From Candidatus Latescibacterota bacterium (GTDB lineage Bacteria > Latescibacterota > UBA2968 > UBA8231): a stretch of DNA of 64,000 bases. The DNA lies in contig OZ242214.1 in assembly GCA_965206595.1 (NCBI GenBank), forward strand, positions 1,792,001 through 1,856,000. Reading direction: 5' to 3'. Numbering within the stretch: the first letter of the stretch is position 1; every line of letters begins with the position of its first letter. A program made the translations under genes and the position numbers. Under the pieces are notes generated by a model. It had not been told where the DNA came from and did no database searches. It saw nothing but the letters and a program-made list of their open reading frames with translations. Below are positions 1-9,481 of this stretch, piece after piece.

Positions 1-1
1 G

Positions 2-469
2 GTGGCATGGGACAACGTCCTTTTCGATGGGCCCTCCGTCGGCTACCTCGACGCCGGCCATCAGGGACCGGTGTCGCACCGTGGGAGGACCCTGGTCTAC
101 TACAGGCCGTTCGCCCGCGATCCGGAAAAGGACCGCCGCTCCCTGCTACACCGGGGCCACAGGTTCTGGGCGGACGCTGTGATGTCCGACCTGACTGCGG
201 CTCACCCCGAACTCGAGGACCTCGTCGAGCGCCTGGACCTCTACCTGTGGGGACACGCAATGGTGAGGCCGGAAGCCAACGTCATGTGGGGCAAGGACCT
301 TCAGCTCAGAAAGCTCCGTTGCGGCGCCATCTGCTTCGCCACATGCGACGTGTCCGGACTTCCCCTGTTTGAAGAGGCGGCCTTCCACGGGATGCGCGCA
401 GCCGAGGAGTGTCTCGATCTTCTCGATATCCCCTACGAGACCTCCCTGAAAGGGTTGCCCCGTGCCTGA
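2..469 (+). CDS. C-terminal part of an FAD-dependent oxidoreductase (amine-oxidase-like) of the type found beside membrane spermidine synthases; 5' end lies outside the window
   Basis: AWDNV, WGHAMVRP and DVSGLPLFEEAAFHG segments recalled as typical of this family; overlaps the start of the speE-like gene. Confidence 0.7.
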   Translation: MAWDNVLFDGPSVGYLDAGHQGPVSHRGRTLVYYRPFARDPEKDRRSLLHRGHRFWADAVMSDLTAAHPELEDLVERLDLYLWGHAMVRPEANVMWGKDLQLRKLRCGAICFATCDVSGLPLFEEAAFHGMRAAEECLDLLDIPYETSLKGLPRA

Positions 470-2015
470 CGAGGCGCCCCCTCCATCCGCCGAAAGCGCC
501 ACATCTACCCTCGGCGTAGCGGTGCTGCTCGCATCGGTTTTCGCCGCGTCGGGCTGCGCCATTATCTACGAGCTGCTCATCGGCACCATTTCTTCCTACT
601 TCCTCGGCGACAGCGTCGAACAGTTTTCGCTGACGATCGGCTTCTTTCTGGCCGCAATGGGAGCAGGTTCCTGGGCCTCAAGGCTTTGCGAGCGCGACCT
701 TCTGGCCAAGTTCATATCCATCGAGCTCTGTCTCGGGCTGGCTGGAGGGTGTTCGGTGCCGGCTTTATACGCGGTCTACTCGTATTCGGGACAGTACCGC
801 TACTGGATGATCCTCTTCATTCTGGCCATCGGGGGCATGGTCGGACTGGAGTTGCCGCTGCTGGCGCGCATCCTGAGGCAGTACGGAACCCTGAGGCAGG
901 TGCTGGCGGATCTGCTGTCCCTCGACTACCTCGGCTCGCTGATCGCCGCCCTGCTCTTTCCCTATCTGCTGCTGCCCCTTCTCGGGACGTTCGACACCGC
1001 GCTCGTCACCGGGGGTATCAACGTCGGTATCGGGGTGGCCCTGCTGGTCGCGTTTCGCGGTGCGCTGAACGGGAGGCGCAAGCGCTTGCTCGCACTGCAA
1101 TCCGTCCTGTTCGCGGCGGTGCTCGGGGGCCTTCTTCTGCGCGCGGAGGCACTGCGTGAGCGCTGGGAAAGCAATCTATACAGTGACCGTATCGTCTACA
1201 GCGTTCAATCCCCGTATCAGAGGGTGGTGCTGACGGAGTGGAAGGAGGAGATCAGCCTGTTCCTCGACGGACATCTGCAGTTCTCTTCCACCGACGAGTA
1301 CCGCTATCACGAGGCCCTCGTCCACCCCGCGATGTCCCTGGCCAGCAGCCGGGAAAGGGTGCTGATCGTCGGCGGCGGGGACGGCCTTTCGGCACGCGAG
1401 GTATTGAAGTATCCCGACGTCGCGGAGGTCGATCTGGTCGACATCGATCAGGCTGTGACCAACCTCGCCCGCCGCGACGTGCGCATGACGAATCTCAATC
1501 GCAATGCCCTGAACCGTTCCCAAGTCCGCATCCTCAACGAGGACGCATTCCTGTTCATCCAGCAGGAGCAGATCCCCTACGGGGTCATCATCGTCGACCT
1601 GCCCGATCCCCGGTTCGATTCGCTGAGCAAGCTGTATTCCGTCGAAGGGTACCGTCTTCTCAAGAGGCATCTGGCTCGGGGAGGGATGCTGGTTACGCAG
1701 GCGACCAGTCCGTATTTCACGAGGAAGACCTTCTGGAGCATCGGAAAAACTCTGGCCGAGTCCGGGTTGCGCGCCGTTCCATACCACGTGCCGGTGCCGT
1801 CCCTGGGGGAATGGGGTTTTTTCCTCGCCGCAGATGCCGCCCTTCCTCCCTTGACGGAGGCACCCCTTGTCGTGCCGACAAGCTACCTGCGGCCGGAAAT
1901 GTTGCGGCCAATGACGGTTTTTCCGCCAGACATGAGACCGGTGGAGGTGGAGGCGAATCACCTGGACCGGCCTCTCCTGGCGCAGTACTATAGGGAGGAC
2001 TGGGGTCACTGGTAG
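462..2015 (+). CDS. speE: Polyamine aminopropyltransferase (spermidine synthase) with N-terminal multi-pass membrane domain
   Basis: About 7 N-terminal hydrophobic segments, then SPYQ, LFLDGHLQF, YHEALVHP, LIVGGGDG (dcSAM-binding) and IIVDLPDP motifs. Confidence 0.9.
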   Translation: MPDEAPPPSAESATSTLGVAVLLASVFAASGCAIIYELLIGTISSYFLGDSVEQFSLTIGFFLAAMGAGSWASRLCERDLLAKFISIELCLGLAGGCSVPALYAVYSYSGQYRYWMILFILAIGGMVGLELPLLARILRQYGTLRQVLADLLSLDYLGSLIAALLFPYLLLPLLGTFDTALVTGGINVGIGVALLVAFRGALNGRRKRLLALQSVLFAAVLGGLLLRAEALRERWESNLYSDRIVYSVQSPYQRVVLTEWKEEISLFLDGHLQFSSTDEYRYHEALVHPAMSLASSRERVLIVGGGDGLSAREVLKYPDVAEVDLVDIDQAVTNLARRDVRMTNLNRNALNRSQVRILNEDAFLFIQQEQIPYGVIIVDLPDPRFDSLSKLYSVEGYRLLKRHLARGGMLVTQATSPYFTRKTFWSIGKTLAESGLRAVPYHVPVPSLGEWGFFLAADAALPPLTEAPLVVPTSYLRPEMLRPMTVFPPDMRPVEVEANHLDRPLLAQYYREDWGHW

Positions 2016-2089
2016 GGTTCGGGCCGATTCCTCCTGGAGCTCTCCCGTTGCTTTATCCCTAACCCGGATGTGGGCGTGTTCGAATCGAT

Positions 2090-2644
2090 ATGGTGAGTTT
2101 CAAAAAGCTGTGGCGTCGCGACAAAGAGCCTGAGGTCGACCCGCTGGTCGACTACACTCTCGACAAGATGAGGATCGGCTTTTTCGTCGACTACGATCTC
2201 CAGACCTTGGAGGTGACCGCTATCTCCGAGTACAATTACGATGGCTTGGAGACGAAAGAGTGGCAGCTTACCGGCGGAAGTCAGGTGCGCTTTCTCGAGC
2301 GCGTTGCCGAGGACGGCAAGGTGGAGTGGACCCTGACCCGGCGCATTCCCCTGCGCGATGTCGAGGGGAACGTCGCCGGGACCATCCTCGACGAAGGGGA
2401 ACCCCCTGAGCAGGTCTGGTTCGAAGACATCGAGTACGCCGCGGTCGAATCCGGGTCCGGGTCAATGATCGAGACAACGGGGGACTCGGGAGCGTCGGAT
2501 GCGCGTGAGTTCGTCAGTTGGAGCTACGAAGGAGAGGGCGCGCGCGTCCTCTACGTCGTCCAGTCCGGGGACCGCGACTTTACCGCTTACGAAGGTGAGT
2601 ATGTCGAAGAGTACCAGTTCACCAACATCCTGCCTGCCGGCTGA
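2090..2644 (+). CDS. DUF4178-like acidic protein
   Basis: Acidic 184-aa beta-rich ORF (EWQL, FVSWSYE, YEGEYV); context with speE and DUF350. Confidence 0.65.
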   Translation: MVSFKKLWRRDKEPEVDPLVDYTLDKMRIGFFVDYDLQTLEVTAISEYNYDGLETKEWQLTGGSQVRFLERVAEDGKVEWTLTRRIPLRDVEGNVAGTILDEGEPPEQVWFEDIEYAAVESGSGSMIETTGDSGASDAREFVSWSYEGEGARVLYVVQSGDRDFTAYEGEYVEEYQFTNILPAG

Positions 2645-3398
2645 TCCCACCCCGATTGCTTCCGGGGCGGCCCCACGCCGGGACCGCGGCGCCTGCGGCC
2701 TGCTTCGGGTCGTAGGGGTTAGCCTCTGTTTTGCGGGCATCTTCAGCTGCGGCAGGTCTTCCGATCCGGTGGACAGCCTGATCCGCGATCTGGGCCGTTA
2801 TCCGGAGTACTCCCTCATCGTCGACGACCTGCGCGTCGACGACGGTTTTTTCCCCGACTATTTCATTCGCTTCAGAGTGCTGACCGCCTCTGGACAGCGG
2901 ATTGCGGGGCGGGACACCCTCGTTTACAAACCGAAAACCACGGAGTGGATGGAGGTTCCCGGGGAGACCTTCGCCCGCTACGAGCATTACCTGGGCATGG
3001 TGGTGTCGTCGAAAACCCCTGACGGCCGAACCACCGGGGTCAGGCAGGCTCATCCTCCGGGGTACCAGTATGTCGGCAATTCCCAATACGGACACTGGGG
3101 AGGCGGGGGATTCTGGCAGTTTTACGGCCAGTACGCCTTCATGAGCCAGATGCTGGGGGGATGGAACATCGGCCGGGGCGACTATCAGAACTACCGGCGC
3201 AACTACGAGCGCGGGCGTCCGTACTTCGGACCCAAGGAAGGGGGACGGCAGGCCTTCGGCACACGCGGAAGCGTGACGCAGAAGACGCGTCCCAATTTTT
3301 ACAATCGCTACCGCCAGCGTGTAAGCTCCGGGGGCCGCGGCTTCGGCACGCGTGCGCGGAGCGCCTCCACGCGAGGTGGATTCGGCCGGGGAAAATGA
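2601..3398 (+). CDS. Putative lipoprotein with Gly/Arg/Tyr-rich C-terminal tail; start uncertain
   Basis: Hydrophobic stretch ending FAGIFS-C (lipobox-like); PPGYQYVGNSQYGHW motif; tail ending STRGGFGRGK; ATG at 2601 preceded by GAAGGTG. Confidence 0.7.
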   Translation: MSKSTSSPTSCLPADPTPIASGAAPRRDRGACGLLRVVGVSLCFAGIFSCGRSSDPVDSLIRDLGRYPEYSLIVDDLRVDDGFFPDYFIRFRVLTASGQRIAGRDTLVYKPKTTEWMEVPGETFARYEHYLGMVVSSKTPDGRTTGVRQAHPPGYQYVGNSQYGHWGGGGFWQFYGQYAFMSQMLGGWNIGRGDYQNYRRNYERGRPYFGPKEGGRQAFGTRGSVTQKTRPNFYNRYRQRVSSGGRGFGTRARSASTRGGFGRGK

Positions 3399-3473
3399 AA
3401 TGTCCGGAAATCAAGTGATAAGGCTCGGAACAATCCGAGGTTCGGCTGACAGCCGGGGAAGGATTTGGTCGGC

Positions 3474-4319
3474 ATGGCGGAACAACTGAGCTTCATGGCC
3501 CGCTCCGCGGTCTACATCCTCGAAGCATTCGTGCTGATGTGGATCGCCAAGTTCGCCTATACCCGCATCTACCGGCGGGTCTCCCTGAAGGATGAGATCT
3601 TCGGGCGCTCCAACAGCGCCCTCGCGGTTTCCACCGCCGGGTACCTGCTCGGGATCGCCATCGCCCTCGGCGGCGTGCTCTCCGGCCCTTCCGCGGGCTG
3701 GCAGGCCGACTTGACCTCCATCGCGCTTTTCGGCCTGCAGACGGTGGCGATGATGCTGGTCGCCAGCTTCACCTGCGAAAAGCTGCTGCTTCCACATTTC
3801 GACAATACCAAGGAGGTCGTCGAGGACCAGAACCTCGGTACCGCCTTCGTCGAGGCGGGATTGCATATCGCCAACGGGCTGATTCTTCTGTCCATACAGC
3901 AGGGGGCGGGACCCTGGTTGACCGGAATCGCGTTCTGGGCAATTGCCCAGGTCGTTATGCTGCTGGCGGGACTGCTGTACGAATGGACCACCCCGCACAG
4001 CATCCACGACGAGCTCGAGCGCGACAACGCTGCGGTAGGTCTTGCTTTCGGCGGCGTTCTGATAGGCATGGGGAACATCGTCAGCATCTCGGTCGGTGGC
4101 GATTTCGCAGGGTGGGCGGAGAGCCTGAAATTGTTCGCCGTGGATGTCCTGTTCGGTTTGGTCGCTCTCTACATCATCAAGAAACTGACCGATCTGCTCC
4201 TCGCCCCCGGGGTGAGTCTTGCCGGGGAACAGACCGCGGAGACTCCGAGGATCGGAGCGGGATTGCTGGAGGCGTTCGGATACGTAGGCGGGTCGATGCT
4301 TATCGTCTGGGTCTTCTGA
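3474..4319 (+). CDS. DUF350 (UPF0719/YjfL-like) membrane protein with repeated domains
   Basis: Repeated (D/E)E..NxA(L/V)A-type units followed by TM helices (DEIFGRSNSALA, EVVEDQNLGTA, DELERDNAAVGL); GGAAGGA SD upstream of ATG 3474. Confidence 0.8.
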   Translation: MAEQLSFMARSAVYILEAFVLMWIAKFAYTRIYRRVSLKDEIFGRSNSALAVSTAGYLLGIAIALGGVLSGPSAGWQADLTSIALFGLQTVAMMLVASFTCEKLLLPHFDNTKEVVEDQNLGTAFVEAGLHIANGLILLSIQQGAGPWLTGIAFWAIAQVVMLLAGLLYEWTTPHSIHDELERDNAAVGLAFGGVLIGMGNIVSISVGGDFAGWAESLKLFAVDVLFGLVALYIIKKLTDLLLAPGVSLAGEQTAETPRIGAGLLEAFGYVGGSMLIVWVF

Positions 4320-4436
4320 TTCCCGCTCTGGTTTCCGCTTTCCGCTTTTCTGTAGCCGAAACCCGGGACGGGTCGCCTCGACCCTAACTGAAGTTCCCGA
4401 AACAGGAACTGCGAGCGTGATGTTTGCAGGCGATTA

Positions 4437-4477
4437 CCCCCCCCACCCCCGGAACAGGTCCCCGGGGGTGGGGGGGG
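4437..4477. repeat. Perfect 16-bp GC-rich inverted repeat between convergent genes (possible bidirectional terminator/RNA stabiliser)
   Basis: CCCCCCCCACCCCCGG-(9 nt)-CCGGGGGTGGGGGGGG; no clear U-tract. Confidence 0.7.
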
Positions 4478-4515
4478 CGAACTTCGATACATGACAGGCG
4501 GTATTTCTCCGGCCT

Positions 4516-5529
4516 CTAAAGGCATGGTCTCCTGCTCAGGTGGCGCTGGATGAAGAAACCAGGGCCTCCGAAAGCTAGGTACGTCGCCGTGGAAATGGCG
4601 TGCAGGACGGTGGCGCATGCGAGGGCGGAGGTTAGCGGAACCGAGTACAGCAGGTTCAGGGCTTCCGTGAAAAAGAAGTGGTATGATCCGATTCCCCCCG
4701 ACGTAGGCATGACCATCCCCAGCGAGGAGATCGCCGAGACTACGAAGCAAGCCAATATGCCCAAGAAATGGGGAGATTCGTCGAATCCGAAGGCGAGGAA
4801 GGCCTGGTAGATCATCAGCAGGTACCCGGCATTCAGCAGCAGCGAAGCGATCATGATTTCCGTGTACGCAGACCGGGCGTGCAGTGCCTGAAGCCCGTGC
4901 ACGAACGTATCGAGGAAGCCGGTAACCCTTTCAGCCAGCCGGTGCGACAGCTGGTCGAGGATGGTGTGGACTAAGGCGACGGCCCTGTCGCGGTACACGG
5001 AAACCGCTATCAGCAGGATCAGGCTCACCATACAACCGACCAAGGCCAGCAGCGCGAGCGGCTCCATCCAGGGAAAGGTTTTCTCGTTCTGTCCGCGCAG
5101 CAGCAGTATGGTTGCTCCGATCAGGAAAACCAGCCAGAACATGTCGAGGGTGCGTTCGACGACCACCGTTCCCAGAACGGAGCCGATGCTGACTCCGCGT
5201 CTCCAGTTGAGACTCAGCGCTCGCAAAGCCTCCCCCGAGCGGGGAAGGATGGTGTTGCCGGCGTAGCAGATAAGGAGGGCGAGGCAGGCGTCCAGCAGGG
5301 TGACCTCGCGTGTGAACGGTCGCATCAGCGCGATCCAGCGCCAAGCGCGCAGGGCGATGGTGCCGAGTGTAGTCGCGACGATGACGGCGACCCAGGGTGC
5401 GGAGATCAGCTTGACCGACTCCCACAAGGCGCGCGAGTCGATCCCCCGGAAAGCCCAGTACAGGAACATCCCCATGAGCCCCAGGCTGAGAAGGTAGCGC
5501 GCCAGCCGTTTGATTGATGAAGCGATCAC
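4516..5529 (-). CDS. Lysylphosphatidylglycerol synthase TM / flippase-like (UPF0104) membrane protein
   Basis: LRAWRW, NTILPRSGEALR, VVVERTLD, PTSGGIGSYH motifs; many TM helices. Confidence 0.85.
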   Translation of the reverse strand: MIASSIKRLARYLLSLGLMGMFLYWAFRGIDSRALWESVKLISAPWVAVIVATTLGTIALRAWRWIALMRPFTREVTLLDACLALLICYAGNTILPRSGEALRALSLNWRRGVSIGSVLGTVVVERTLDMFWLVFLIGATILLLRGQNEKTFPWMEPLALLALVGCMVSLILLIAVSVYRDRAVALVHTILDQLSHRLAERVTGFLDTFVHGLQALHARSAYTEIMIASLLLNAGYLLMIYQAFLAFGFDESPHFLGILACFVVSAISSLGMVMPTSGGIGSYHFFFTEALNLLYSVPLTSALACATVLHAISTATYLAFGGPGFFIQRHLSRRPCL

Positions 5530-5822
5530 CAGATAGGGCCCCCCCGTGTTTGCCTCAGCGCGACGCCGGGGTCACGAGGGTTATCGCCGAACTGTCGGGA
5601 GACCGGCCAGGAGCCTGGGCACCCCGATTGGGGGTTCCGCAAAGGGAATTCGGGAAGCAGGTAAAGGAGAAAAAGGAGACAACCGTTTTGGTACGCGCGA
5701 TTAGGCGCAGATGGCCGCTGCTGTGTTGAAGGGGGAAATCGCGGTTCAATCCAACCGTATCTTTCGTGCGATTCGCCCCATCTCTTTCGGCGTCCTCCCT
5801 GCCCGGACACCAAACGATGAAA

Positions 5823-6218
5823 CTAGCGCTTGCGGTAGACTTCGTCTGGATCGAAAACCTGCTTGTCTTCGACGACCCATCTCTGGATTCCCTCGTCCCA
5901 ACGCCGGTAATAGCAGGAATAGTAGCCGTATGCGCAGGCTGCCACTATCTGTCGCACCCTGATTTCGAGGGAGTTGTTGTCGCAGTTGATGCGTATCTCC
6001 TCGACCTCCTGCACGTGGCCCGAGTCGACTCCCTTGGGAAAAACCTCTTCCCGGGAACGCCGAAATACGTGCACCCTCCCCTCTGCGAGTGTCTTCTCGA
6101 GGGCCTCGGCGTTCATGTAGCAGAGAACGAGCAGGCGTCCCGACTCGCAGTCGGTTACCGCTGCCGCGACCAGACCTGAAGAATCGAATCGGACCTGGTC
6201 AACCAGAGACATGACCAT
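5823..6218 (-). CDS. hisI: Phosphoribosyl-AMP cyclohydrolase
   Basis: YMNAEAL, RSR..FPKG..SGHVQ, NCDNNSL, AAC..GYYSCYY (slightly divergent from the usual DCDxD / ACHTG). Confidence 0.8.
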   Translation of the reverse strand: MVMSLVDQVRFDSSGLVAAAVTDCESGRLLVLCYMNAEALEKTLAEGRVHVFRRSREEVFPKGVDSGHVQEVEEIRINCDNNSLEIRVRQIVAACAYGYYSCYYRRWDEGIQRWVVEDKQVFDPDEVYRKR

Positions 6219-6855
6219 CTCCGCCGCGGTTCCGCGGATGCGGGCGGATCTTGCCGCGCTCCGCGAGCAGGTCGAGAAGCATTGCAGCTGCTTCTTCCGG
6301 GTTGCACGACGCCGTGGAGATCACCAGCTCGGGGTTTTCGGGAGGCTCGTACGGGTCCGATACCCCGGTGAAGTTCGGGATGTCACCCGCCCTGGCCTTG
6401 GCGTACAGCCCCTTCGGGTCCCTCTCCTCGCAGAGCTCCACAGGGGTGTGGATGAAGACCTCGAGGAAGTCTCCCTCCCCGAGACTGGCGCGCACATTAT
6501 CGCGATCTTCCCGGTAGGGGCTCACAAAGCTGCTCAACGTGACGATACCGGCATCGACGAATAGTTTACCCACCTCGCCGATGCGGCGGATATTTTCAGC
6601 GCGGTCTGCCGCGGAGAACCCCAGGTTTGAATTGAGGCCGTGGCGGATGTTGTCCCCATCGAGGACGTAGGCGTGGAAGCCCCGGGCGGCGAGCGCGTGT
6701 TCGGCGGTGAAGGCGATGGTGCTCTTTCCGGAGCTGGGAAGTCCGGTGAGCCAGACCAGGACGCCGCTCTGGCCGAGTCGAGCCTCTCGCTGCGGCCTCC
6801 CCACGTGGCCTTCGTGCCAGGTTATGTTGGTTGCTTTGCTCTCAGCCGCTGACAA
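6199..6855 (-). CDS. cysC: Adenylyl-sulfate kinase
   Basis: NITWH, WLTGLPSSGKSTIA P-loop, LDGDNIRHGL, RDPKGLY, FTGVSDPYEPP. Confidence 0.95.
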   Translation of the reverse strand: MSAAESKATNITWHEGHVGRPQREARLGQSGVLVWLTGLPSSGKSTIAFTAEHALAARGFHAYVLDGDNIRHGLNSNLGFSAADRAENIRRIGEVGKLFVDAGIVTLSSFVSPYREDRDNVRASLGEGDFLEVFIHTPVELCEERDPKGLYAKARAGDIPNFTGVSDPYEPPENPELVISTASCNPEEAAAMLLDLLAERGKIRPHPRNRGGDGHVSG

Positions 6856-7050
6856 TTCATTCCTCCTTCGTTTCTGGGGGTCGACGTAAACAAACCGCCG
6901 ACGGAGACTACCGGTCCATATCTGAATTGTAAGGATTCAACCCTTCTGGCGCTGTCTCCCGGCGGGCATGGATAACCCTGCAAGCCCAAGAAGCATGTTG
7001 CCGTTGCCAGGAGTAGGCAGAGCAGTCCCGAGTCCTGCCGGAAACGGGTC

Positions 7051-7794
7051 TTAGGCCACAACGTCCTCTTCGACATCGCCTACGAACGTCCCGGTTTCGG
7101 TGTCGCCGCAGCAGAGGCGGGCGATCGTCGATTTTTCGGCGAAGTCGAAAACGTGAAACGGCAGGTGGTGGTCCCGGGAAAGGATGACGGACTGCTGATC
7201 GACTACGGTGAGGTTGTTGCGCAGGATCGTATCATATCTCATGCGGCGATACATGCGCGCTGACGGTTCCTTCCGTGGGTCGGCCGTGAAGATACCCCGC
7301 GCCCTGTTCTTGGCGAAAAGGAGCCCTTCGCAGCGGGTCTCGAGAGCTCGCTGTGCCGCGGTGTAGTCGGTAGTGACGTAAGGGTTACCGGTGCCGCCGG
7401 CGAAGATGACGATGTAGCCCTTTTCGAGGTGATGAATGGCGCGCAGGCGAATGAACGGTTCGGCGACCGTGTTGACGGGGATAGCGGTCATGACGCGGAC
7501 TTCGACGGATGAGTTGGAGCGCCCTTTGAGGACGCCTCGCAACATCAGGCTGTTTATGATCGTCCCCATCATTCCGATGTTGTCCGCCTCGGCGCGCTCG
7601 ATTCCCCACTGTGCGGCGAGATGGCCGTGAAAGATGTTGCCACCTCCAATTACGATCGAGATCTGCATCCCCCGGGTATGCAGGGCGAGGATCTCGTCGG
7701 CAATATGCTCCAGTGACTCGGGAGAGAATCCGAACTCTCGTTCCCCTGAAACCGCCCGCCCGCTCAGCTTCAACAAGACCCGTCCGTATTTCAT
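7051..7794 (-). CDS. pyrH: Uridylate kinase-like protein (divergent PyrH paralogue)
   Basis: RVLLKLSG, GGGNIF, ADNIGMMGT, GTGNPYVTTD; ATG at 7794 with AGGAGG SD; not in tsf-pyrH-frr context. Confidence 0.75.
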   Translation of the reverse strand: MKYGRVLLKLSGRAVSGEREFGFSPESLEHIADEILALHTRGMQISIVIGGGNIFHGHLAAQWGIERAEADNIGMMGTIINSLMLRGVLKGRSNSSVEVRVMTAIPVNTVAEPFIRLRAIHHLEKGYIVIFAGGTGNPYVTTDYTAAQRALETRCEGLLFAKNRARGIFTADPRKEPSARMYRRMRYDTILRNNLTVVDQQSVILSRDHHLPFHVFDFAEKSTIARLCCGDTETGTFVGDVEEDVVA

Positions 7795-7849
7795 CCAGCT
7801 TGCCCCCCTCCTGGTTTCCAACTGGTTGTGCGCCAATAAAAAAGGCCGC

Positions 7850-9277
7850 CTACAAAAGGCGGCCTTTCGAAACCTTCCGGGATTCCGGATAGCGTTTGAT
7901 GAGAGCATCGACTTCCGCGTTGAAGCGACTCACCTGGTCGGGGGCACCGCCGACAAAATCGCGATTGTCGATTATCTCCTCTATCTCCCGGGCCGTCAGT
8001 GGAATGCGGTCGTCCTCTCCCAGCCGCTTGACCAGCCCGCTGCCGTCGGCTTCGCGGCCGTCCCGCATGCGCAGGGCCGCGTCGACAGCCAGTTCCCTGA
8101 CCGCCTCGTGGACCTGCTCGCGACCGGCACCCCGTCGCACCGATTCCATCAGCAGGGTGGTGGTGGCAAGGAAGGGCATGTATTTCTCCAACTCCCGTTG
8201 CAGGGCAGCCGGGTAGACCCCCATGTCGTCAACCACGTGCAGGGCGCTTTCGACCATGCCGTCGAAAGCGAAGAAGGAGTCGGGTAAGGCCACCCTGCGC
8301 ACCACGGAGCAGGCGACGTCCCCTTCGAACCACTGGTCGCCGACCATTCCGGCCGCCATCTGCACGTACCCGGAAAGGACAACTTCCAGCCCGTTGATGC
8401 GCTCGCTGCTGCGCGTGTTCATCTTGTGCGGCATGGCCGAGGATCCGACCTGACCTTCGGCAAACCCCTCCGTGGCGGTTTCCGCTCCCGCCATAAGGCG
8501 CAGGGTGCGCGCAAGGTTGGCGATGCCGCCCCCTAGTTGGAAAAGGCAGCTGATGACGTCGAAGTCGAGGCTGCGGGGATAAATCTGGCCCACCGCGACG
8601 AGCTGGCCCCGGAACCCCAGATAGGTGAGCACCATCTGCTGCAGCCGGGAGAGCTTGTCGACGTCCCCTTCGAACAAGGTCAGTTGATCCAGGCCGCTAC
8701 CTACTGCCCCCTGCAATCCGCGAAGGGGGTAGCGCTCGATCAGTTCCTCGAGCCGGCGGAAGGCGATCACCATCTCCTGGCCGAACATGGCCAACCGTTT
8801 GCCCATGGTGGTCGGCTGCGCCGCGGCGTGATGGGTGCGGCCGACGACGACGAGGTTTTGCCACTCGCGGCTGCGCCGGCTCAGTAAATCGAGAAGGTGG
8901 ACGTACTTCGGCGCGATTAGTTGAAGACTTCTGAGGATCTGAAACTGCTCGACATTGTCGGTGAGGTCGCGGCTGGTCATTCCCTTGTGGATCTGCTCGT
9001 GACCGGCCAGGGCGCAGAATTCCTCGATTTTCGCCTTTACGTCGTGCCTGGACTCGGCTTCACGTCGGCGGATCGAAGCGAGGTCGATCTGCTCCTTTGT
9101 GCGCTCGTACGCATCGATAGCTGCCGCGGGAACTTCGAGGCCGAGATCGCGCTGTGCCTTGAGCACGGCAATCCACAGCTCTCGTTCGAGCAGAATCTTT
9201 CCGCGTTCGGACCACAGGCAACACAACGACTGGCTCGCGTAGCGAGAGGCCAGGACGTTGGGGACGCGGTCCGTCAT
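7850..9277 (-). CDS. purB: Adenylosuccinate lyase
   Basis: NVLASRYAS, RHDVKA, HKGMTSRD, GRTH, GSSAMPHKMN signature. Confidence 0.95.
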   Translation of the reverse strand: MTDRVPNVLASRYASQSLCCLWSERGKILLERELWIAVLKAQRDLGLEVPAAAIDAYERTKEQIDLASIRRREAESRHDVKAKIEEFCALAGHEQIHKGMTSRDLTDNVEQFQILRSLQLIAPKYVHLLDLLSRRSREWQNLVVVGRTHHAAAQPTTMGKRLAMFGQEMVIAFRRLEELIERYPLRGLQGAVGSGLDQLTLFEGDVDKLSRLQQMVLTYLGFRGQLVAVGQIYPRSLDFDVISCLFQLGGGIANLARTLRLMAGAETATEGFAEGQVGSSAMPHKMNTRSSERINGLEVVLSGYVQMAAGMVGDQWFEGDVACSVVRRVALPDSFFAFDGMVESALHVVDDMGVYPAALQRELEKYMPFLATTTLLMESVRRGAGREQVHEAVRELAVDAALRMRDGREADGSGLVKRLGEDDRIPLTAREIEEIIDNRDFVGGAPDQVSRFNAEVDALIKRYPESRKVSKGRLL

Positions 9278-9481
9278 CGGGCAATCATTGCGATTGTGGT
9301 GTTTCGATGTTGAAGCAGGGATGGGAGAGACGATACGGGAAGCCTGCTTCAGCGATTGTAGGAGGAAGCCTGACTGGAGTCGGTTCCGGGGCGGTCCTTC
9401 GGGGAATGCGGCCACCCTTATGGCAGATAATAATCATTGAAAAAGAAGATCGCCAGCATCCGAAAACGCATCCAAGTTCTG

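Noticed and set aside
5526-5813. Short ORFs between the flippase-like gene and hisI
   Set aside because: No motif, SD or consistent frame; treated as intergenic
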